Assembly: GCA_964016885.1 (NCBI GenBank)
Contig: OZ024744.1
Coordinates: 27,590,001 to 27,654,000, forward strand
Direction: 5' to 3'
Length of the DNA stretch: 64,000 bases
Origin: Eledone cirrhosa
Lineage: Eukaryota
The translations under genes were made by a program, and so were the position numbers. Below the pieces are notes generated by a model. The model was given only the letters and a program-made list of their open reading frames with translations, was not told where the DNA came from and made no database searches. Within the stretch, counting starts at the first letter, position 1, and the number at the start of each line of letters is the position of its first letter. Of this stretch, positions 48,701 through 63,700 are shown one piece after another.

Positions 48701-51700
48701 CGCTGTTATCACTGTCATCGTGATCGTTGTTGTTGATGTTCTCGCTGTTATAACTATTATTGTCCTTGTTGTTATTGTCGCTGTTATAACTGTTATTGTC
48801 ATTGTTGTTTTTGTTGTTGTCGCTGTTATAACTGTTGTTGTCACTGTTGTTGTTGTTGTCACTGTTATTGTCACTGTTGTTGTTTTGTTGTTGTTGTCAC
48901 TGTTATAACTGTTATTGTCATTGTTGTTGTTGTTCTCGCTGTTACCACTGTTATTGTCAATGTTGTTGTTGTTGTCGCTGTTATAACTGTTATTGTCACT
49001 GTTGTTGTTGTTGTTGTCGCTGTTATAACTCTTATTGTCACTGTTGTTGTTGTTGTTGTTGTTGTCGCTGTTATCACTCTTATTGTCATTATTGTTGTTG
49101 TCGCTGTTATCACTGTTATTGTCACTGTTGTTGTTCTCGCTGTTATAACTGTTATTCTCACTGTTGTTGTTCTCGCTGTTATCACTGTTATTGTCATTGT
49201 TGTTGTTGTCGCTGTTATCACTGTTATTGTCATTGTTGTTGTTGTCGCTGTTATCACTGTTATTGTCACTGTTGTTGTTCTCGCTGTTATCACTGTTATT
49301 GTCACTGTTGTTGTTCTTCTCGCTGTTATCACTGTTATTGTCATTGTTGTTGTTGTTGTGTTCGCTGTTATAACTGTTATTGTCATTGTTGTTGTTGTTG
49401 TTGTCGCTGTTATCACTGTTATTGTCACTGTTGTTGTTGTCGCTGGTATAACTGTTATTGTCACTGTTGTTTTTGTTGTTGTCGCTGTTATCACTGTTAT
49501 TGTCACTGTTGTTGTTGTCGCTGTTATAACTGTTATTGTCACTGTTGTTGTTGTTGTCACTGTTATCACTGTTATTGTCACTGTTGTTGTTGTTCTCGCT
49601 GTTATCACTGTTATTGTCATTGTTGTTGTTGTCGCTGTTATCACTGTTATTGTCACTGTTGCTGTTGTTGTCGCTGTTATCTCTGTTATTGTCATTGTTG
49701 CTGTCGCTGTTATAACTGTTATTGTCATTGTTGTTGTTGTTGTTGTTGCTGTTATAACTGTTACTGTCATTGTTGTTGTTGTTGTCGCTACTGTTATTTT
49801 CATTGTTGTTGTTGTCGCTGTTATCACTGTTATTGTCACTGTTGTTTTTGTTTTTGTCGCTGTTATCACTGTTATTGTCACTGTTGTCATTGTTGTTGTT
49901 GTTGTTATCACTGTTATTTTCACTGTTGTAGTTGTTGTCGCTGTTATAACTGTTATTGTCACTGTTGTTGTCGCTGTTATCACTGTTATTTTCATTGTTG
50001 TTGTTGTTGTTCTCTCTGTTATCACTGTTATTGTCACTGTTATTGTCACTGTTGTTGTTGTTCTCGCTGTTATAACTGTTATTGTGACTGTTGTTGTTGT
50101 CGCTGTTATAACTGTTATTGTCATTGTTGTTGTTGTTGTCGCTGTTATCACTGTTATTAACAATGTTGTTGTTGTTGTTCTCGCTGTTATCACTGTTATT
50201 GTCACTGTTGTTGTTGTTGTTGTCGCTGTTATAACTGTTATTGTCACTGTTGTTGTTGCTGTTGTCGCTGTCATAACTCTTATTGTCACTGTTGTTGTTG
50301 TTGTCGTTGTTATCACTGTTATTGTCATTATTGTTGTTCTCGCTGTTATCACTGGTATTGACACAGTTGTTGTTGTTGTTGTCGCTGTTATAACTGTTAT
50401 TGTCTCTGTTGATGTTGTTGTTGTCGCTGTTATAACTGTTATTGTCACTGTTGTTGTTGTCGCTGTTATAACTCTTATTGTCACTGTTGTTGTTGTCGTC
50501 GTTGTTATCATTGTTATTGTCATTATTGTTGTTGTCGCTGTTATAACTGTTATTGTCACTATTGCTTTTGTTGTTGTCGCTCTTATCACTCTTATTGTCA
50601 TTGCTGTTGTTGTTCTCGCTGCTATCCCTGTTATTGTCATTGTTGTTGTTGTTGTACTCGCTGTTATCACTGTTATTGTCATTGTTGTTGTTGTTGTCGC
50701 TGTTATCACTGTTATTGTCACTGTTTTTGTTGTTGTCGCTGTTATAACTGTTATTGTCATTGTTGTTGTTGTCGCTGTTATCACTGTTATTGACACTGTT
50801 GTTGCTGTTGTTCTCGCTGTTATCATTGTTATTGTCACTGTTGTTGTTGTTGTTCTCGCTGTTACCACTGTTATTGTCAATGTTGTTGTTGTTGTCGCTG
50901 TTATAACTGTTATTGTCACTGTTGTTGTTGTTGTCGCTGTTATAACTCTTATTGTCACTGTTGTTGTTGTTGTCGTTGTTATCACTGTTATTGTCATTAT
51001 TGTTATTGTCGCTGTTATCACTGTTATTGTAATTGTTGTTGTTGTTGTTGTCGTCGCTGTTATCACTTTTATTGTCACTGTTTTTGTTGTTGTCGCTTCT
51101 ATAACTGTTATTTTCACTATTGCTGTTGTTGTCGCTGTTATCACTCCTATTGTCATTGTTGTTGTTGTCGCTGTTATCACTGTTGTTGTTCTCGCTGTTA
51201 TAACTGTTATTCTCACTGTTGTTGTTGTTCTGGCTGTTATCACTGGTATTGACACTGTTTTTTTTTTTATTGTCGCTGTTATAACTGTTATTGTCACTGT
51301 TGTTGTTGTTGTTCTCGCTGTTATCACTGTTATTGTCATTGTTGTTGTTGTCGTTGTTATCACTGTTATTGTCATTGTTGTTGTTGTCGCTGTTATCACT
51401 GTTATTGTCACTGTTGTTGTTGTTCTCGCTGTTATCACTGTTATTGTCACTGTTGTTGTTCTTCTCGCTGTTATCACTGTTATTTTCATTGTTGTTGTTG
51501 TTGTGTTCGCTGTTATAACTGTTATTGTCATTGTTGTTGTTGTTGTTGTCGCTGTGATCACTGTTATTGTCACTGTTGTTGTTGTCGCTGGTATAACTGT
51601 TATTGTCACTGTTGTTTTTGTTGTTGTCGCTGTTATCACTGTTATTGTCACTGTTGTTGATGTCGCTGTTATAACTGTTATTGTCATTGTTGTTGTTGTT

Positions 51701-54700
51701 GTCACTGTTATCACTGTTATTGTCACTGTTGTTGGTGTTCTCGCTGTTATCACTGTTATTGTCATTGTTGTTGTTGTCGCTGTTATCACTGTTATTGTCA
51801 CTGTTGCTGTTGTTGTCGCTGTTATCTCTGTTATTGTCATTGTTGTTGTCGCTGTTATAACTGTTATTGTCATTGTTGTTGTTGTTGATGCTGTTATAAC
51901 TGTTACTGTCATTGTTGTTGTTGTTGTCGCTGTTATCACTATTATTTTCATTGTTGTTGTCGCTGTTATCACTGTTATTGTCACTGTTGTTGTTGTCACT
52001 GTTATAAATGTTATAGTCACTGTTGTCGTTGTTGTCGCTGTTATCACTGTTATTGTAACTGTTGTTGTTGTTGTTCTCGCTGTCATAACTGTTCTTTTCA
52101 CTGTTGTTGTTGTTTTCGTCGCTGTTATAACTGTTATTTTCACTGTTGTTGTCGCTGTTATAACTCTTATTGTCACTGTTGTTGTTGTTGTCGCTGTTAT
52201 CACTGTTATTGTCACAGTTGTTGTTGTCGCTGTTATCATTGTTATTGTCATTGTCTTTGTTGTCGCTTTTATAACTGTTATTGTCATTATTGTTGTTGTC
52301 GCTGTTATAACTGTTATTGTCACTGTTGTTGTTGTTGCTGTCGGTGTTATAACTGTTATTGTCACTGTTGTTATTGTTGTTGTCGCTGTTATAACTGTTA
52401 TTGTCACTGTTGTTGTTGTTGTCACTGTTATCACTGTTATTGTCACTGTTGTTGTTGTTCTCGCTGTTATCACTGTTATTGTCATTGTTGTTGTTGTCGC
52501 TGTTATCACTGTTATTGTCACTGTTGCTGTTGTTGTCGATGTTATCTCTGTTATTGTCATTGTTGTTGTCGCTGTTATAACTGTTATTGTCATTGTTGTT
52601 GTTGTTGTTGTTGTTGCTGTTATAATTGTTACTGTCATTGTTGTTGTTGTTGTCGCTGTTATCACTGTTATTTTCATTGTTGTTGTTGTCGCTGTTATCA
52701 CTGTTATTGTCACTGTTGTTGTTGTTGTTGTCGCTGTTATCACTGTTATTGTCACTGTTGTTGTTGTTGTCACTGTTATAAATGTTATTGTCACTGTTGT
52801 CGTTGTTGTCGCTGTTATCACTGTTATTGTCACTGTTGTTGTTGTTGTTATCGCTGTCATAACTGTTCTTTTCACTGTTGTTGTTGTTGTTCTCGCTGTT
52901 GTTGTCGCTGTTATCACTGTTATTGTCACTGTTGTTGTCACTGTTGTTGTTGTTGTTATCGCTGTCATAACTGTTCTTTTCACTGTTGTTGTTGTTGTTC
53001 TCGCTGTTGTTGTCGCTGTTATCACTGTTATGTCACTGTTGTTGTTGTTCTCGCTGTTATCACTGTTATTGTCACTGTTGTTGTTCTTCTCGCTGTTATC
53101 ACTGTTATTGTCATTGTTGTTGTTGTTGTGTTCGCTGTTATAACTGTTATTGTCATTGTTGTTGTTGTTGTTGTCGCTGTTATCACTGTTATTGTCACTG
53201 TTGTTGTTGTCGCTGGTATAACTGTTATTGTCACTGTTGTTTTTGTTGTTGTCGCTGTTATCACCGTTATTGTCACTGTTGTTGTTCTTCTCGCTGTTAT
53301 CACTGTTATTGTCACTGTTGGTGTCGCTGTTATCACTGTTATTTTCATTGTTGTTGTTGTTGTTCTCTCTGTTATCACTGTTGTTGTCACTGTTATTGTC
53401 ACTGTTGTTGTTGTCGCTGTTATAACTGTTATTGTCACTGTTGTTGTTGCTGTTGTCGCTGTCATATCTCTTATTGTCACTGTTGTTGTTGTTGTTGTTG
53501 TCGTTGTTATCACTGTTATTGTCATTATTGTTGTTCTCGCTGTTATCACTGGTATTGACACTGTTGTTGTTGTTGTCGCTGTTATAACTGTTATTGACTC
53601 TGTTGATGTTGTTGTTGTCGCTGTTATAACTGTTATTGTCACTATTGTTGTTGTCGCTGTTATAACTCTTATTGTCACTGTTGTTGTTGTTGTCGTCGTT
53701 GTTATCACTGTTATTGTCATTATTGTTGTTGTAGCTGTTATCACTGTTATTGTCATTGTTGTTGTTGTCGCTGATATCACTGTTATTATCCCTGTTGTTG
53801 TTGTCGCTGTTATAACTGTTATTGTCACTATTGCTTTTGTTGTTGTCGCTCTTATCACTCTTTTTGTCATTGTTGATGTTGTTCTCGCTGCTATCCCTGT
53901 TATTGTCATTGTTGTTGTTGTTGTACTCGCTGTTATCACTGTTATTGTCATTGTTGTTGTTGTTGTCGCTGTTATCAGTGTTATTGTCACTGTTTTTGTT
54001 GTTGTCGCTATTATCACTGTTATTGTCAGTGTTGTTGTTGTTGTTCTCGCTGTTATCACTGTCGTCGCCACTGTTGTTGTTGTCGCTGTTATAACTGTTA
54101 TTGTGACTTTTGTTGTTGTTGTTGTCGCTGTTATAACTGTTATTGTCATTGTTGTTGTTGTCGCTGTTATCATTGTTATTGACACTGTTGTTGCTGTTGT
54201 TCGCGCTGTTATCACTGTTATTGTCACTGTTGTTTTTGTTGTTCTCGCTGTTACCACTGTTATTGTCACTGTTGTTGTTGTTGTTGTCGCTGTCATAACT
54301 GTTCTTTTCACTGTTGTTGTTGTTATTGTTCTCGCTGTTATCAGTGTTATTGTCACTGTTGTTGTCGCTGTTATCACTGTTATTGTCACTGTTGTTATTG
54401 TTGTTGTTATCACTGTTATTGTCACTGCTGTAGTTGTTGTCGCTGTTATAACTGTTATTGTCACTGTTGTTGTTGTTGCTGTCGCTGTTATCACTGTTAT
54501 TGTCATTGTTTTTGTTGTTGTGGCTGTTATCACTGTTATTGTCACTGTTGTTGTCGCTGTTATCACTGTTATTTTCATTGTTGTTGTTGTTGTTCTCTCT
54601 GTTATCACTGTTATTGTCACTGTTATTGTCACTGTTGTTGTTGTTCTCGCTGTTATAACTGTTATTGTGACTGTTGTTGTTGTCGCTGTTATAACTGTTA

Positions 54701-57700
54701 TTGTCATTGTTGTTGTTGTCGCTGTTATCACTGTTATTAACACTGTTGTTGTTGTTGTTCTCGCTGTTATCACTGTTATTGTCACTGTTGTTGTTGTTGT
54801 CGTTGTTATCACTGTTATTGTCATTATTGTTGTTCTCGCTGTTATCACTGTTATTGTCACTGTTGTTGTTGTTGTCGTTGTTATCACTGTTATTGTCATT
54901 ATTGTTGTTCTCGCTGTTATCACTGGTATTGACACTGTTGTTGTTGTTGTTCTCGCTGTTATCACTGTTATTGTCACTGTTGTTGTTGTTGTCGTTGTTA
55001 TCTCTGTTATTGTCATTGTTGTTGTCGCTGTTATAACTGTTATTGTCATTGTTGTTGTTGTTGTTGTTGCTGTTATAACTGTTACTGTCATTGTTGTTGT
55101 TGTTGTCGCTGTTATCACTGTTATTTTCATTGTTGTTGTTGTCGCTGTTATGACTGTTATTGTCACTGTTGTTGTTGTTGTTGTCGCTGTTATCACTGTT
55201 ATTGTCACTGTTGTTGTTGTCACTGTTATAAATGTTATTGTCACTGTTGTCGTTGTTGTCGCTGTTATCACTGTTATTGTCACTGTTGTTGTTGTTGTTG
55301 TCGCTGTCATAACTGTTCTTTTAACTGTTGTTGTTGTTGTTCTCGCTGTTATCACTGTTATTGTCACTGTTGTTATTGTTGTTGTTGCTGTTATCACTGT
55401 TATTGTCACTGTTGTAGTTGTTGTCGCTGTTATAACTGTTATTGTCACTGTTGTTGTTGTTGTTGCTGTCGCTGTTATCACTGTTATTGTCATTGTTGCT
55501 GTTGTACTCGCTGTTATCACTGTTATTGTTGTTGCTGTTGCTGTCGCTGTTATCACTGTTATTGTCATTGTTGCTGTTGTACTCGCTGTTATCACTGTTA
55601 TTGTTGTTGTTGTTGTTGTGGCTGTTATCACTGTTATTGTCATTGTTGTTGTTATTGTGGCTGTTATCACTGTTATTGTTACTGTTGTTGTCGCTGTTAT
55701 TACTGTTATTTTCATTGTTGTTGTTGTTGTTCTCTCTATTATCACTGTTATTGTCACTGTTATTGTCACTGTTGTTGTTGTTCTCGCTGTTATAACTGTT
55801 ATTGTGACTGTTGTTGTTGTCGCTGTTATAACTCTTATTGTCACTGTTGTTGTTGTTGTCGTCGTTGTTATCACTGTTATTGTCATTATTGTTGTTGTCG
55901 CTGTTATCACTGTTATTGTCATTGTTGTTGTTGTCGCTGATATCACTGTTATTGTCCCTGTTGTTGTTGTCGCTGTTATAACTGTTATTGTCTCTGTTGG
56001 TGTTGTTGTTGTCGCTGTTATAACTGTTATTGTCACTGTTGTTGTTGTCGCTGTTATAACTCTTATTGTCATTGTTGTTGTTGTTGTCGTCGTTGTTATC
56101 ACTGTTATTGTCATCATTGTTGTTGTCGCTGTTATCACTGTTATTGTCATTGTTGTTGTTGTTGTCGCTGTTATCACTGTTATTGTCCCTGTTGTTGTTG
56201 TCGCTGTTATAACTGTTATTGTAACTATTGCTTTTGTTGTTGTCGCTCTTATCACTCTTATTGTCATTGCTGTTGTTGTTCTCGCTGCTATCCCTGTTAT
56301 TGTCATTGTTGTTGTTGTTGTACTCGCTGTTATCACTGTTATTGTCATTGTTGTTGTTGTTGTCGCTGTTATCACTGTTATTGTCACTGTTTTTGTTGTT
56401 GTCGCTATTATCACTGTTATTGTGACTGTTGTTTTTGTTGTCGCTGTTATCACTGTTATTGTCAGTGTTGTTGTTGTTGTTCTCGTTGTTATCACTGTTG
56501 TCGTCACTGTTGTTGTTGTTGTCGCTGTTATAACTGTTACTGTGACTGTTGTTGTTGTTGTTGTTGTTGTTGTCGCTGTTATAACTGTTATTGTCATTGT
56601 TGTTGTTGTCGCTGTTATCACTGTTATTGACACTGTTGTTGCTGTTGTTCTCGCTGTTATCACTGTTATTGTCACTGTTGTTGTTGTTGTTGTTCTCACT
56701 GTTACCACTGTTATTGTCAATGTTGTTCTTGTTGTCGCTGTTATAACTGTTATTGTCACTGTTGTTGTTGTTGTCGCTGTTATAACTCTTATTGTCACTG
56801 TTGTTGTTGTTGTTGTTATCACTGTTATTTTCATTATTGTTATTGTCGCTGTTATCACTGTTATTGTCATTGTTGTTGTTGTTGTTGTCGTCGCTGTTAT
56901 CACTTTTATTGTCACTGTTTTTGTTGTTGTCGCTTCTATAACTGTTATTTTCACTATTGCTGTTGTTGTCGCTGTTATCACTCTTATTGTCACTGTTGTT
57001 GTTATCGCTGTTATAACTGTTATTGTCACTGTTGTTGTTGTTCTCGCTGTTATCACTGGTATTGACACTGTTATTGTTTTTATTGTCGCTGTTATAACTG
57101 TTATTGTCACTGTTGTTATTGTTGTTGTCGCTGTTATAACTGTTATTGTCACTGTTGTTGTTGTTGTTGTTATCGCTGTTATCACTGTTATTGTCATTGT
57201 TTTTGTTGTCGCTGTTATCACTGTTATTGTCATTGTTGTTGTTGTCGCTGTTATCACTGTTATTGTCACTGTTGTTGTTGTTCTCGCTGTTATCACTGTT
57301 ATTGTCACTGTTGTTGTTCTTCTCGCTGTTATCACTGTTATTGTCATTGTTGTTGTTGTTGTTGTGTTCGCTGTTATAACTGTTATTGTCATTGTTGTTG
57401 TTGTTGTTGTCGCTGTTATCACTGTTATTGACACTGTTGTTGTTGTTGTTGTTGTCGCTGTTATCACTGTTATTTTCATTGTTGTTGTTGTCGCTGTTAT
57501 CACTCTTATTGTCACTGTTGTTGTTGTTGTTGTTGTCGCTGTTATCACTGTTATTGTCACTGTTGTTGTTGTTGTTGTTCTCGCTGTTATCACTGTTATT
57601 GTCATTGTTGTTGTTGTCGCTGTTATCACCGTTATTGTCACTGTTGTTGTTGTTCTCGCTGTTATCACTGTTATTGTCACTGTTGTTGTTCTTCTCGCTG

Positions 57701-60700
57701 TTATCACTGTTATTGTCATTGTTGTTGTTGTTGTTGTGTTCGCTGTTATAACTGTTATTTTCATTGTTGTTGTTGTTGTTGTCGCTGTTATCACTGTTAT
57801 TGTCACTGTTGTTGTTGTCGCTGGTATAACTGTTATTGTCACTGTTGTTTTTGTTGTTATCGCTGTTATCACTGTTATTGTCACTGTTGTTGTTGTTGTT
57901 ATAACTGTTATTTTCACTGTTGTTGTTGTTGTCACTGTTATCACTGTTATTGTCATTGTTGTTGTTGTTGTTGTTGTCGTCGCTGTTATCACTGTTATTG
58001 TCACTGTTGTTGTTGTTGTTGTCGATTTTATCACTGTTATTGTCACTGTTGTTGCTGTTGTCACTGTTATAAATGTTATTGTCACTGTTGTTGTTGTAGT
58101 TGTCGCTGTTATAACTGTTATTGTCACTGTTGTTGTCGCTGTTATAACTCTTATTGTCACTGTTGTTGTTGTTGTCGCTGTTATCACTGTTATTGTCACA
58201 GTTGTTGTTGTCGCTGTTGTCATTGTTATTGTCATTGTCGTTGTTGTCGCTTTTATAACTGTTATTGTCATTGTTGTTGTTGTTGTTGTCGCTGTTATAA
58301 CTGTTATTGTCACTGTTGTTGTTGTTGCTGTCGGTGTTATAACTGTTATTAGTTACTGTTGTTGTTGTTGTTGTTCTCGCTGTTACCACTGTTATTGTCA
58401 ATGTTGTTGTTGTTGTCGCTGTTATAACTGTTATTGTCACTGTTGTTGTTGTTGTTGTCGCTGTTATAACTCTTATTGTCACTGTTGTTGTTGTTGTCGC
58501 TTCTATAACTGTTATTGTCACTATTGCTGTTGTTGTTGTCGCTGTTATCACTCTTATTGTCATTGTTGTTGTTGTCGCTGTTATCACTGTTATTGTCACT
58601 GTTGTTGTTCTCGCTGTTATAACTGTTATTCTCACTGTTGTTGTTATGGCTGTTATCACTGGTATTGACACTGTTGTTGTTTTTATTGTCGCTGTTAGAA
58701 CTGTTATTGTCACTGTTGTTATTGTTGTTGTCGCTGTTATAACTGTTATTGTCACTGTTGTTGTTGTTGTTCTCGCTGTTATCACTGTTATTGTCATTGT
58801 TGTTATTGTCGCTGTTATCACTGTTATTGTCATTGTTGTTGTTGTCGCTGTTATCACTGTTATTGTCACTGTTGTTGTTGTTCTCGCTGTTATCACTGTT
58901 ATTGTCACTGTTGTTCTTCTCGCTGTTATCACTGTTATTGTCATTGTTGTTGCTGTTGTGTTCGCTGTTATAACTGTTATTGTCATTGTTGTTGTTGTTG
59001 TTGTTGTCGCTGTTATCACTGTTATTGTCACTGTTGTTGTTGTCGCTGGTATAACTGTTATTGTCACTGTTGTTTTTGTTGTTGTCGCTGTTATCACTGT
59101 TATTGTCACTGTTGTTGTTGCTGTTGTCGCTGTCATAACTCTTATTGTCACTGTTGTTGTTGTTGTCGTTGTTATCACTGTTATTGTCATTATTGTTGTT
59201 CTCGCTGTTATCACTGGTATTGACACAGTTGTTGTTGTTGTTGTCGCTGTTATAACTGTTATTGTCTCTGTTGATGTTGTTGTTGTCGCTGTTATAACTG
59301 TTATTGTCACTGTTGTTGTTGTCGCTGTTATAACTCTTATTGTCACTGTTGTTGTTGTCGTCGTTGTTATCATTGTTATTGTCATTATTGTTGTTGTCGC
59401 TGTTATAACTGTTATTGTCACTATTGCTTTTGTTGTTGTCGCTCTTATCACTCTTATTGTCATTGCTGTTGTTGTTCTCGCTGCTATCCCTGTTATTGTC
59501 ATTGTTGTTGTTGTTGTACTCGCTGTTATCACTGTTATTGTCATTGTTGTTGTTGTTGTCGCTGTTATCACTGTTATTGTCACTGTTTTTGTTGTTGTCG
59601 CTGTTATAACTGTTATTGTCATTGTTGTTGTTGTCGCTGTTATCACTGTTATTGACACTGTTGTTGCTGTTGTTCTCGCTGTTATCATTGTTATTGTCAC
59701 TGTTGTTGTTGTTGTTCTCGCTGTTACCACTGTTATTGTCAATGTTGTTGTTGTTGTCGCTGTTATAACTGTTATTGTCACTGTTGTTGTTGTTGTCGCT
59801 GTTATAACTCTTATTGTCACTGTTGTTGTTGTTGTCGTTGTTATCACTGTTATTGTCATTATTGTTATTGTCGCTGTTATCACTGTTATTGTAATTGTTG
59901 TTGTTGTTGTTGTCGTCGCTGTTATCACTTTTATTGTCACTGTTTTTGTTGTTGTCGCTTCTATAACTGTTATTTTCACTATTGCTGTTGTTGTCGCTGT
60001 TATCACTCCTATTGTCATTGTTGTTGTTGTCGCTGTTATCACTGTTGTTGTTCTCGCTGTTATAACTGTTATTCTCACTGTTGTTGTTGTTCTGGCTGTT
60101 ATCACTGGTATTGACACTGTTTTTTTTTTTTATTGTCGCTGTTATAACTGTTATTGTCACTGTTGTTGTTGTTGTTCTCGCTGTTATCACTGTTATTGTC
60201 ATTGTTGTTGTTGTCGTTGTTATCACTGTTATTGTCATTGTTGTTGTTGTCGCTGTTATCACTGTTATTGTCACTGTTGTTGTTGTTCTCGCTGTTATCA
60301 CTGTTATTGTCACTGTTGTTGTTCTTCTCGCTGTTATCACTGTTATTTTCATTGTTGTTGTTGTTGTGTTCGCTGTTATAACTGTTATTGTCATTGTTGT
60401 TGTTGTTGTTGTCGCTGTGATCACTGTTATTGTCACTGTTGTTGTTGTCGCTGGTATAACTGTTATTGTCACTGTTGTTTTTGTTGTTGTCGCTGTTATC
60501 ACTGTTATTGTCACTGTTGTTGATGTCGCTGTTATAACTGTTATTGTCATTGTTGTTGTTGTTGTCACTGTTATCACTGTTATTGTCACTGTTGTTGGTG
60601 TTCTCGCTGTTATCACTGTTATTGTCATTGTTGTTGTTGTCGCTGTTATCACTGTTATTGTCACTGTTGCTGTTGTTGTCGCTGTTATCTCTGTTATTGT

Positions 60701-63700
60701 CATTGTTGTTGTCGCTGTTATAACTGTTATTGTCATTGTTGTTGTTGTTGATGCTGTTATAACTGTTACTGTCATTGTTGTTGTTGTTGTCGCTGTTATC
60801 ACTATTATTTTCATTGTTGTTGTCGCTGTTATCACTGTTATTGTCACTGTTGTTGTTGTCACTGTTATAAATGTTATAGTCACTGTTGTCGTTGTTGTCG
60901 CTGTTATCACTGTTATTGTAACTGTTGTTGTTGTTGTTCTCGCTGTCATAACTCTTCTTTTCACTGTTGTTGTTGTTTTCGTCGCTGTTATAACTGTTAT
61001 TTTCACTGTTGTTGTCGCTGTTATAACTCTTATTGTCACTGTTGTTGTTGTTGTCGCTGTTATCACTGTTATTGTCACAGTTGTTGTTGTCGCTGTTATC
61101 ATTGTTATTGTCATTGTCTTTGTTGTCGCTTTTATAACTGTTATTGTCATTATTGTTGTTGTCGCTGTTATAACTGTTATTGTCACTGTTGTTGTTGTTG
61201 CTGTCGGTGTTATAACTGTTATTGTCACTGTTGTTATTGTTGTTGTCGCTGTTATAACTGTTATTGTCACTGTTGTTGTTGTTGTCACTGTTATCACTGT
61301 TATTGTCACTGTTGTTGTTGTTCTCGCTGTTATCACTGTTATTGTCATTGTTGTTGTTGTCGCTGTTATCACTGTTATTGTCACTGTTGCTGTTGTTGTC
61401 GATGTTATCTCTGTTATTGTCATTGTTGTTGTCGCTGTTATAACTGTTATTGTCATTGTTGTTGTTGTTGTTGTTGTTGCTGTTATAATTGTTACTGTCA
61501 TTGTTGTTGTTGTTGTCGCTGTTATCACTGTTATTTTCATTGTTGTTGTTGTCGCTGTTATCACTGTTATTGTCACTGTTGTTGTTGTTGTTGTCGCTGT
61601 TATCACTGTTATTGTCACTGTTGTTGTTGTTGTCACTGTTATAAATGTTATTGTCACTGTTGTCGTTGTTGTCGCTGTTATCACTGTTATTGTCACTGTT
61701 GTTGTTGTTGTTATCGCTGTCATAACTGTTCTTTTCACTGTTGTTGTTGTTGTTCTCGCTGTTGTTGTCGCTGTTATCACTGTTATTGTCACTGTTGTTG
61801 TCACTGTTGTTGTTGTTGTTATCGCTGTCATAACTGTTCTTTTCACTGTTGTTGTTGTTGTTCTCGCTGTTGTTGTCGCTGTTATCACTGTTATGTCACT
61901 GTTGTTGTTGTTCTCGCTGTTATCACTGTTATTGTCACTGTTGTTGTTCTTCTCGCTGTTATCACTGTTATTGTCATTGTTGTTGTTGTTGTGTTCGCTG
62001 TTATAACTGTTATTGTCATTGTTGTTGTTGTTGTTGTCGCTGTTATCACTGTTATTGTCACTGTTGTTGTTGTCGCTGGTATAACTGTTATTGTCACTGT
62101 TGTTTTTGTTGTTGTCGCTGTTATCACCGTTATTGTCACTGTTGTTGTTCTTCTCGCTGTTATCACTGTTATTGTCACTGTTGGTGTCGCTGTTATCACT
62201 GTTATTTTCATTGTTGTTGTTGTTGTTCTCTCTGTTATCACTGTTGTTGTCACTGTTATTGTCACTGTTGTTGTTGTCGCTGTTATAACTGTTATTGTCA
62301 CTGTTGTTGTTGCTGTTGTCGCTGTCATATCTCTTATTGTCACTGTTGTTGTTGTTGTTGTTGTCGTTGTTATCACTGTTATTGTCATTATTGTTGTTCT
62401 CGCTGTTATCACTGGTATTGACACTGTTGTTGTTGTTGTCGCTGTTATAACTGTTATTGACTCTGTTGATGTTGTTGTTGTCGCTGTTATAACTGTTATT
62501 GTCACTATTGTTGTTGTCGCTGTTATAACTCTTATTGTCACTGTTGTTGTTGTTGTCGTCGTTGTTATCACTGTTATTGTCATTATTGTTGTTGTAGCTG
62601 TTATCACTGTTATTGTCATTGTTGTTGTTGTCGCTGATATCACTGTTATTATCCCTGTTGTTGTTGTCGCTGTTATAACTGTTATTGTCACTATTGCTTT
62701 TGTTGTTGTCGCTCTTATCACTCTTTTTGTCATTGTTGATGTTGTTCTCGCTGCTATCCCTGTTATTGTCATTGTTGTTGTTGTTGTACTCGCTGTTATC
62801 ACTGTTATTGTCATTGTTGTTGTTGTTGTCGCTGTTATCAGTGTTATTGTCACTGTTTTTGTTGTTGTCGCTATTATCACTGTTATTGTCAGTGTTGTTG
62901 TTGTTGTTCTCGCTGTTATCACTGTCGTCGCCACTGTTGTTGTTGTCGCTGTTATAACTGTTATTGTGACTTTTGTTGTTGTTGTTGTCGCTGTTATAAC
63001 TGTTATTGTCATTGTTGTTGTTGTCGCTGTTATCATTGTTATTGACACTGTTGTTGCTGTTGTTCGCGCTGTTATCACTGTTATTGTCACTGTTGTTTTT
63101 GTTGTTCTCGCTGTTACCACTGTTATTGTCACTGTTGTTGTTGTTGTTGTCGCTGTCATAACTGTTCTTTTCACTGTTGTTGTTGTTATTGTTCTCGCTG
63201 TTATCAGTGTTATTGTCACTGTTGTTGTCGCTGTTATCACTGTTATTGTCACTGTTGTTATTGTTGTTGTTATCACTGTTATTGTCACTGCTGTAGTTGT
63301 TGTCGCTGTTATAACTGTTATTGTCACTGTTGTTGTTGTTGCTGTCGCTGTTATCACTGTTATTGTCATTGTTTTTGTTGTTGTGGCTGTTATCACTGTT
63401 ATTGTCACTGTTGTTGTCGCTGTTATCACTGTTATTTTCATTGTTGTTGTTGTTGTTCTCTCTGTTATCACTGTTATTGTCACTGTTATTGTCACTGTTG
63501 TTGTTGTTCTCGCTGTTATAACTGTTATTGTGACTGTTGTTGTTGTCGCTGTTATAACTGTTATTGTCATTGTTGTTGTTGTCGCTGTTATCACTGTTAT
63601 TAACACTGTTGTTGTTGTTGTTCTCGCTGTTATCACTGTTATTGTCACTGTTGTTGTTGTTGTCGTTGTTATCACTGTTATTGTCATTATTGTTGTTCTC